DNA from: Candidatus Babeliales bacterium
Lineage (GTDB): Bacteria; Babelota; Babeliae; Babelales; Vermiphilaceae
DNA length: 37,402 bases
Direction of reading: 5' to 3'
Assembly: GCA_044451405.1 (NCBI GenBank)
Contig: JBIOKB010000005.1
Coordinates: 1-37,402, forward strand
Made by a program: the position numbers and the translations under genes. A model generated the notes under the pieces. It did no database searches and had not been told where the DNA came from. It worked only from the letters and a program-made list of their open reading frames with translations. Position 1 is the first letter of the stretch. The number at the start of each line of letters is the position of its first letter. Shown here in pieces: positions 8,151-14,845 of the stretch.

Positions 8151-9494
8151 TTACGAGCCAAAGATATTCAATCCTACCACCGTCACATTCCCTAACAATG
8201 TTTTATTTCCCGCTTGATCGACTGCTACCAGGTAATAGGTATACGTAAGTTTTGGATTGCGATTATGATCTTTAAAGCGCAATGGCCCATTTGCTGGTAC
8301 CGTTCCTGCAAGGTCTGTAAGTGCTGCATCACGGTATAGTTGATAGCTTACTGGCGTTACCGTGGTTGGCGTGGTCCAGGTAATAACGTTGATATAATCG
8401 GTTTGTGTTAAAAAAATGTTTTTTTGCTGCACACCAGAAACAGTAATTGATGCTGTTGGCGTTGGTGGCGTAGATCCAGGAACGATAGCTATAAAGAAGG
8501 GTTGATTAAAAAACGAGCTTGAGTCAGTTACTACACCTTGCGCAGTAACCGTATTAGTTGCAGCATTAATGATACTTACCGAAGAATTTCCCATTCTATT
8601 ATTAGCTACATACGCGGTAGTACCATCTGGGGTAAAAACTACACCCTTCGGCAAATTAAAATTAGGAGATAATACCGTTGGCGTTATTGAATCAACCTGA
8701 TTATTTGCAACATCAATAACACTGACAAAAGGGGTTATTGCATCATTAGTTACATATGCTTTGCTACCATCCGGAGATATTGCTACGCCAAACGGTTGAA
8801 CAAAATTCGGATTAGTAACGGTAGTTACCGTATTAGCAGGGATAGCTATTACACTCACTGAGTTGCCCGATTCATTTGTTACATACGCCTTTGAACCATC
8901 TGGTGCAATAGCAATAAGTTGCGGTGAATTAAATGAAGGATCGCTTATTACATCTGTCACAGTATTACCAGGAATAGCAATAACACTTACTGTATTATTA
9001 CCATTATCAACCACATATGCCATGGTACCATTGGGAGTAATTGCAATACCCTGAGGGTTTCCAAAAGAAGTTATGGCCTGTGTCACCGTATTTGAAGCAA
9101 TATCAATAACACTTACACTGGCTCCTGCAAAATTAGTGACATAGGCAGTTTTACCATTGGGAGTAATTGCTATACCAAAGGGTTGGTTAAAGGTTGTACT
9201 CAAATCAGTTACGATACCTTCTACCGTATTTGTTGCTACATTAATAATAGTTACAGAACCAAAATTAAACAAACCATCACCCGCATCAACCACATACACC
9301 GTGCTCCCATCAGGCGTAATAGCAAGTTGCTGGGGAATAACAAAGCTTGCATCAGTTATTTTTTGCGTAACGGTATTGGTTGTTGTATCAAACACAACAA
9401 CATCAGTACGTTGTGTTACATAAGCCGTTGCACCGTATACAGCATTATGTACTAGAAAGAGCATGCTTATGAGGACACCAGAGCATTTGTTCAT
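8151..9494 (-). CDS. Secreted YVTN/YncE-family beta-propeller protein with C-terminal Ig/FN3-like domain (paralog B)
   Basis: Same architecture as paralog A; tandem duplicate. Confidence 0.92.
   Translation of the reverse strand: MNKCSGVLISMLFLVHNAVYGATAYVTQRTDVVVFDTTTNTVTQKITDASFVIPQQLAITPDGSTVYVVDAGDGLFNFGSVTIINVATNTVEGIVTDLSTTFNQPFGIAITPNGKTAYVTNFAGASVSVIDIASNTVTQAITSFGNPQGIAITPNGTMAYVVDNGNNTVSVIAIPGNTVTDVISDPSFNSPQLIAIAPDGSKAYVTNESGNSVSVIAIPANTVTTVTNPNFVQPFGVAISPDGSKAYVTNDAITPFVSVIDVANNQVDSITPTVLSPNFNLPKGVVFTPDGTTAYVANNRMGNSSVSIINAATNTVTAQGVVTDSSSFFNQPFFIAIVPGSTPPTPTASITVSGVQQKNIFLTQTDYINVITWTTPTTVTPVSYQLYRDAALTDLAGTVPANGPLRFKDHNRNPKLTYTYYLVAVDQAGNKTLLGNVTVVGLNIFGS
8179..8495. repeat. 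317-bp direct repeat, copy 2 (C-terminal domain of paralog B)
   Basis: Partner of 6824-7140, offset 1355 bp. Confidence 0.9.
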
Positions 9495-9503
9495 AAATAT
9501 ACC

Positions 9504-10118
9504 TTACGCAAATCGATAGCCAATACCAAGCCCTACCATCCAATGTGAAACGTTCGCTTTATGTGATTGCACGCCACAGATAAATTTATTAGGAAATTTA
9601 ACCTTTATAAATGCATAGTCAGAAAAGAGATCAATAAACCATGAACGTGGCAAATCAAAAATAAAGCCAAGCTTTGCAACACCACCAACTCCCCATTTAG
9701 AGCGTGGTGAAATAACAAAAGAAGAATGATCTTTTGTTTTTAGATGGGCGCCAAGCACACCAAGCCCAATATATAAATCACCGGGATTAAAATCTAAGAA
9801 ATATTTTAATCCTGCTGCCAGCGGAATGAGTGTTGCATTTGTTTTAGTACAAAAGCCAATCGATTTTCCATGAAGCGGTATTACACCAATACTTGCAAAA
9901 CCAAACCACGGCCGCTCTTCTTTTAGCTGTACCGTTAACTCACCACTAAATTCACCGGCATTATGATAGATATCTCTAAACGTATGCGCTGCTGGTAATA
10001 CATACGCACCTTTGAGTTCTGCAAGCACATTCCACTCGTATGATGCTTTGTAGTTTGCATGCACAGTGAACACACTCATCATTATTAATAGACCATATAC
10101 ATATTTATTGTGCATCAT
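9504..10118 (-). CDS. Outer-membrane beta-barrel protein (OmpW/OmpA-like, about 8 strands)
   Basis: Signal peptide, alternating amphipathic strands, C-terminal beta signal GLGIGYRF. Confidence 0.85.
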   Translation of the reverse strand: MMHNKYVYGLLIMMSVFTVHANYKASYEWNVLAELKGAYVLPAAHTFRDIYHNAGEFSGELTVQLKEERPWFGFASIGVIPLHGKSIGFCTKTNATLIPLAAGLKYFLDFNPGDLYIGLGVLGAHLKTKDHSSFVISPRSKWGVGGVAKLGFIFDLPRSWFIDLFSDYAFIKVKFPNKFICGVQSHKANVSHWMVGLGIGYRFA

Positions 10119-10140
10119 TGCTATCCCTTTTTTACTTATT

Positions 10141-10239
10141 TTACCAGTTTCTGTTAGTCACAAATGCTTTTGTTGCATACATATAATTGCTGAAAGTGAA
10201 TACCAACACACTCAGTAACATCGTATATCTTTTGACCAT
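10141..10239 (-). pseudogene. 32-aa truncated remnant of a YVTN propeller gene
   Basis: AAGGAG RBS, then MVKRYTMLLSVLVFTFSNYMYA-TKAFVTNRNW-stop; mature start matches ATAYVTN and AAKGYVTN of the intact paralogs. Confidence 0.7.
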
Positions 10240-10313
10240 ATCTCTCCTTCGATTATACGTGTAATATCAGCAGTCTGTCGCGCCCATGATCGCCGTGTCA
10301 ATACTTTTAAACT

Positions 10314-10342
10314 AAAAAAGCCCCGTTAATCTCGGGGCTTTT
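10314..10342 (-). terminator. Intrinsic terminator
   Basis: AAAAGCCCCG / CGGGGCTTTT inverted repeat, 7-nt loop, T6 tail on the minus strand, downstream of 10371..10880. Confidence 0.85.
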
Positions 10343-10370
10343 GTGATTCACGTATAATGTTTATTTTCTA

Positions 10371-10880
10371 TTATTGTGCCGGTGCTGGTAATTGAGCTTG
10401 TGGTTCTTGATGACCATGATACGCTATATCCGTTGATTCCAATTTATGCAATCTCATGCAGCTAGTTGCTTCTCTACGTGTTTTACCAAAAGAAAACCCT
10501 TCATCTATGATACATGCTACTGGCGCTATAGAAACTGTTGAAGGAGTGTTGTGGGAAGCTATCCCGTCAATTCTTCCTGCTACATAGCCTTCTACGTGCA
10601 CATAACCTTTACTCACATCCCCACCCAAAGTTTCTGCGCATACAGGATCTTTAATAACAAAAAGACCTCTATCAAGATTATTCCCCTTAATTTCGACACA
10701 CTCTATGTTTCCATTCGCCACTGCAGTCAAACCAAGTGCCATAAGAAATAGTTGTTTACATGTCAGATTATGTCTTTTGGTATATCGCCCATGATCGCTC
10801 GCGTACGCATTTCCTGAAAGCGCAATTACGCTTGCTACAACTACCATACGTAGTGCGTGTGTTGTATATCTTTTTGCCAT
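10371..10880 (-). CDS. Secreted hypothetical protein
   Basis: GGAG RBS, signal peptide ending NAYA, downstream terminator; no family recognised. Confidence 0.7.
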   Translation of the reverse strand: MAKRYTTHALRMVVVASVIALSGNAYASDHGRYTKRHNLTCKQLFLMALGLTAVANGNIECVEIKGNNLDRGLFVIKDPVCAETLGGDVSKGYVHVEGYVAGRIDGIASHNTPSTVSIAPVACIIDEGFSFGKTRREATSCMRLHKLESTDIAYHGHQEPQAQLPAPAQ

Positions 10881-10955
10881 CGTGTTTCTCCGTCATATTA
10901 TGATGTAAGTACAATACTAGCGCAGCAGTATAACAAAGAACTGTGTGCAAAACTA

Positions 10956-11351
10956 CTAGCGTTTACGGCGACAACACGGAAACAGTGAACGTATCAATTC
11001 GATACACGAAGAATCTTTATGAGCATACAGATTTCTAACTGCCACTCTATTTCTTGCCACTCGTGCCCCTCGAGTGGCATTAACTTTCTGTTTAATCTGT
11101 TTAGCAGTTTGCGTTGGTGATGGAATTGCCTCTTTGCGATCTGGTACTGATGAGAGCTGCTGGGATTGTTCTGATACACCCGCCGATAATTGCTTGTCGA
11201 ATTCAGACTCTTCAATAAGCTCTACCGGGTCGCTTTGGTTGCCTGTTTTTTTTACCACCATGCCATCTGCAAAGACAAGGGCTTCTTTTTCTTCCATGCC
11301 ATACATACTCATTACTGATATGCCTACAACCAGGCTTATATATCGCACCAT
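10956..11351 (-). CDS. Secreted hypothetical protein with C-terminal CC-polybasic tail
   Basis: AAGGAG RBS, signal peptide, low-complexity middle, ends FPCCRRKR. Confidence 0.75.
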   Translation of the reverse strand: MVRYISLVVGISVMSMYGMEEKEALVFADGMVVKKTGNQSDPVELIEESEFDKQLSAGVSEQSQQLSSVPDRKEAIPSPTQTAKQIKQKVNATRGARVARNRVAVRNLYAHKDSSCIELIRSLFPCCRRKR

Positions 11352-11437
11352 ACTCGCTCCTTTAGGTTAATAAACTACCTAAATGAGTATCATGAGTAGA
11401 TCAAAAAGACAATGAATTGGAGGAAAACTTTGGGCCT

Positions 11438-11482
11438 AAAAAATTTACCCCCATCCAGACAGAACGTCACGGATAGGGGAAA
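11438..11482 (-). terminator. Hairpin plus U-tract; terminator of the acyl-CoA ligase transcript or of a small RNA
   Basis: Minus strand CCCCUAUCC...GGAUGGGGG (9 bp with one U-G) followed by UAAAUUUUUU. Confidence 0.55.
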
Positions 11483-11565
11483 TGGAGGTTATCGAATTAA
11501 TATACAAGTAATGTACTGCAAGGTTTGCCAAAAATCAAACTTTTTATTCAATAGCTTAAAGCTCT

Positions 11566-13119
11566 TTATTCATGATGCCGCTGTAATGCTTTTTTATCAA
11601 TCTTACCTGTAGCGGTTGTTGGCAACCCCTGTGTTGAGCAGATAAAGGAACGGGGAACTTTATAGGCAGCAAGCATACTTTCACAGAGCTTCTTTAATTC
11701 ATGCTCTATCCCCGGGTTATCCTCCTTAATCTGTACATAGGCTACGGGCACTTGGCCTGAGGCCTCGTCTGCCACCCCTATAACCGCAGCACGGATAACC
11801 TGAGGGTGAGAGATAAGAACATTTTCAATTTCTTGGGGGTAAATCTTAAACCCTTTATGAATGATGATGTCTTTATACCGTCCACTTATAACAATGCGTC
11901 CTTTTTCATCCACATAGGCGAGATCTCCGGTACTCAACCAGCCATCTACTAACACATCTGCGGTGGCCTGAGGAGCATTATAGTAGCCAAGCATAATATT
12001 AGGACCTTTAAGCCACAATTCCCCTATCGTTCCTGGTGCCACTTCCTTACCCTGCTCATCCTTTAATACACACCGTATGCCAGGCAATGGTCTACCTACC
12101 GTATTAGCCGGCATTGCTTCATCATCAAGACATCCGGCAACAAACGGGGCAGTTTCAGTAAGTCCATAGCCACTACAAATTTTGCGCCGATATAAGAGGG
12201 AAAATCCGGCACGAATCTTATCAGGAAGCGCATCTCCTCCTGATACAAAAATTCTGCATGATTCAAGAGGAACTGTTTTTAATAAACATAATAACCCATA
12301 AAACGCAGGTACTGCGGCAAGTATGGTTGGTTTATACTCAAATGCTTTAAGAATAAAACGGCGCTCAATTTTAGGAACAATAATGACACTGGCACCAACA
12401 AAAAATGGAGCCCAGATATAGGTGTTTTGTGCAAAGCTATGAAATAAAGGCAACACCGCAAGCACACGATCTTTTTCTGTAGCATGAAAGAGAGAAATCC
12501 CTTGAAGTATATTGGTCATAATATTATGAGAGCTCAGCATTACTCCCTTAGGTAGTCCAGTAGTTCCTGACGTATACAGCAATGCTGCCATTTCATGGGA
12601 ATCGAGGCAGATGGGGTCAAACAACGGCAATTCATCGCCTGAAACTTCCATACTCATATCGTGTTCGGTCATCATAGGGGGCAACGGCTTATCAGTCTGC
12701 GCATTACGAACAATCTCAAGAAGGCTTGTTGAACAGATAATAAATGCAGGATCTGAATCACGCATAATGTGTGAAAATTCTTGTTCGCGTAAAAAAATAT
12801 TAAGCGGTGTAACAACTGCACCTACCTGTAAAATAGCAAAATAGGCCACATAATAGGCTGGTGAATTATGCATAAAAAGCAGCACACGATCCCGCGGCTT
12901 AATGCCCCGCTCAAGAAGCTGTTTGCTCAGTACAACTGCCTGCTGATATAACTGAAGATACGTATATGAACCTTCTTCTCCCATTATTGCTGGAGCATGA
13001 GAATATTCATGAGCAGCACGTTGTAACAATCGCCCTACATACGGCAATGAACCATCGTGAGCATATTTCTGATAATAGGCATTAAACATCATCTCTTCTT
13101 TAGTAGAGGCAGCTATCAC
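11566..13119 (-). CDS. Long-chain fatty acid--CoA ligase (AMP-binding family)
   Basis: YTSGTTGLPKG, GYGLTE, GWLSTGD, GR.KD, TGKIDK; start placed at GTG 13119, 6 nt after AGGAG (ORF track gives 13125). Confidence 0.92.
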   Translation of the reverse strand: MIAASTKEEMMFNAYYQKYAHDGSLPYVGRLLQRAAHEYSHAPAIMGEEGSYTYLQLYQQAVVLSKQLLERGIKPRDRVLLFMHNSPAYYVAYFAILQVGAVVTPLNIFLREQEFSHIMRDSDPAFIICSTSLLEIVRNAQTDKPLPPMMTEHDMSMEVSGDELPLFDPICLDSHEMAALLYTSGTTGLPKGVMLSSHNIMTNILQGISLFHATEKDRVLAVLPLFHSFAQNTYIWAPFFVGASVIIVPKIERRFILKAFEYKPTILAAVPAFYGLLCLLKTVPLESCRIFVSGGDALPDKIRAGFSLLYRRKICSGYGLTETAPFVAGCLDDEAMPANTVGRPLPGIRCVLKDEQGKEVAPGTIGELWLKGPNIMLGYYNAPQATADVLVDGWLSTGDLAYVDEKGRIVISGRYKDIIIHKGFKIYPQEIENVLISHPQVIRAAVIGVADEASGQVPVAYVQIKEDNPGIEHELKKLCESMLAAYKVPRSFICSTQGLPTTATGKIDKKALQRHHE

Positions 13120-13128
13120 ACACAACTC

Positions 13129-13317
13129 CTATTCTTCTTCATACGTTATTACTTGTACCGGACATGCTTTTGCCGCTGCGCGGATGCACGGCGCATGGGT
13201 TTTAATATCTGCATCAGATTTCACCTGTGACTGAGCAGTGACCTCAAAAACCTGTGGCGCTAAAAATGCACACGTACCACAAGCAATACAGCCTGGTTCT
13301 ATTGTAACTTTTTTCAT
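13129..13317 (-). CDS. Single-cluster ferredoxin
   Basis: CIACGTC....P..F and AAKACPVQVI; GAGGA RBS before ATG 13317. Confidence 0.9.
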   Translation of the reverse strand: MKKVTIEPGCIACGTCAFLAPQVFEVTAQSQVKSDADIKTHAPCIRAAAKACPVQVITYEEE

Positions 13318-13418
13318 CAAGTCCTCATTGTTAAGCACAGACATGCAGGCAAGAGTGTAGTATACTTGTACCATATCTAAGTATCTTACTTCTATAACTC
13401 TCTCATGTAAAAAAATAG

Positions 13419-14075
13419 GTGATTATGCGCACACTCACAACGGGCGTTCTTATTACCCTTGAAGGTATTGATGGTTCTGGTAAAAGCACCTTAGCTGCCA
13501 ATCTTGCTGCAGCTTTTGTTAAAGAACAGTTACCCGTCATTCTTACGCAAGAACCGGGAAAAACCGGCCTTGGCAAACTGGTAAAACCTATTGTGCAAGA
13601 AAAAAAGGTTCCCCTCCATCCCCTTGCTGAATTTTTTCTATTTGCTGCTGATCGCGCACAACATTTTGATGAAATAGTTATTCCTGCTCTTGCAGCTCAC
13701 CAGATAGTTATTTCTGATCGTATGGCTGATTCTTCATTGGTATATCAAGGATATGGCAAAGGATTAGATCTTGACCGCATACATCAGGTTAATACGTGGG
13801 CCATGCGATCAATACAACCAACACTAGTGATTTATGTAAAAGTTGATCCGGCAGTAGCTCGTGCGCGCCTTATTGCACGCAAGCAAGGATTATCATCGTT
13901 TGAACATTATATATCCTATCAAGAGAAAATCGCTGCTGGTTTTGATACATTGCTCGCTCATCGTCCGCACGTACTGACGGTGAATGGAGAACTTGATCAA
14001 GAAACATTAACCCTCACGACCTTTACCAGCATTGTTGAGCGCCTTTCATCACAAGGATTGCTGCAATGTATATAA
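13419..14075 (+). CDS. tmk: Thymidylate kinase
   Basis: ITLEGIDGSGKST, EPG, LFAADRAQH, ISDR..DSS..YQG. Confidence 0.96.
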   Translation: MIMRTLTTGVLITLEGIDGSGKSTLAANLAAAFVKEQLPVILTQEPGKTGLGKLVKPIVQEKKVPLHPLAEFFLFAADRAQHFDEIVIPALAAHQIVISDRMADSSLVYQGYGKGLDLDRIHQVNTWAMRSIQPTLVIYVKVDPAVARARLIARKQGLSSFEHYISYQEKIAAGFDTLLAHRPHVLTVNGELDQETLTLTTFTSIVERLSSQGLLQCI

Positions 14076-14845
14076 CACCAGATGAAACACGAAAGTTTGA
14101 TTTTGGCTCTCCCGTTTCTGTCCATCTTGTTGTTGGACCACGTGAGGATGCACACGAGCACATCAAAGACTATTTCATGCGATTATTTTGCAAAAAAAAT
14201 GCGTGCGCTACCTGTTCTATCTGTCATGCTATTAAAGATGAGCAATATCACGCTGCAACGTGGATCAAGCCTAAAGACTCGTATGTGTTGGATGATCTTG
14301 ATCCCATATTTTCAACTATCTCATTTGCTCTAGAAGAAGATCAGAAGCATTTTTTTGTCATTACTAAAGCTGATTTTTTAAGCCCGCAATGTGCTAACCG
14401 TTTACTCAAAGTACTGGAAGAACCACCGCATAATTATTATTTCATACTTCTAGCTGAACGGAGCAAAAACATACTGCCTACCATTAAATCTCGGTGCATC
14501 AAAAGTAGCGTCATTGCAGGCCTATCGTCTGTGTATCACCCTACATTGGCAGCATTTTTTATCAAGCAAAATCCTATTAACCCGAGCTCTTTTCTAAAAG
14601 AATTAGATCAGACAAAAATTAATGATCAAGAAACTCTAGACCTTCTTGATCATCTATTAGATCATTGGTCAGAACAAGCACATACAGCGATTGATGAACA
14701 TACGATGCACGCGTATACATATGCTCAGCAGATGGTATATATCATTACTCAGGGATTACTGCATGCGCCGATGCCCGGCAGTAGCAGCTTGTTTTGGAAA
14801 AATTTTATGCTCGAAGTACAAGAGCTGCGCAAGAGAAAACTTTAG
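14066..14845 (+). CDS. holB: DNA polymerase III delta-prime subunit
   Basis: C4 zinc motif C....C..C..C, ANRLLKVLEEPP, ILPTIKSRC; conserved position after tmk. Confidence 0.88.
   Translation: MYITPDETRKFDFGSPVSVHLVVGPREDAHEHIKDYFMRLFCKKNACATCSICHAIKDEQYHAATWIKPKDSYVLDDLDPIFSTISFALEEDQKHFFVITKADFLSPQCANRLLKVLEEPPHNYYFILLAERSKNILPTIKSRCIKSSVIAGLSSVYHPTLAAFFIKQNPINPSSFLKELDQTKINDQETLDLLDHLLDHWSEQAHTAIDEHTMHAYTYAQQMVYIITQGLLHAPMPGSSSLFWKNFMLEVQELRKRKL

Noticed and set aside
7214-9455. Plus-strand ORFs opposite the YVTN genes
   Set aside because: Antisense shadows of repetitive coding sequence
6799-9494. Diversity-generating retroelement as the cause of propeller variation
   Set aside because: No reverse transcriptase in the window; both copies are full genes and the differences in the 317-bp repeat are mostly synonymous and not adenine-specific
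10281-10798. 13-mer CGCCCATGATCGC at 10281-10293 and 10786-10798
   Set aside because: Some exact 13-mer repeats are expected by chance in 37 kb, and the flanks do not extend the match
11412-11612. 66-aa plus-strand ORF
   Set aside because: No clear RBS, overlaps the ligase 3' end and a minus-strand hairpin, no recognisable protein features
14066-14845. Missing Walker A motif in the holB product
   Set aside because: Delta-prime is normally an inactive AAA+ subunit
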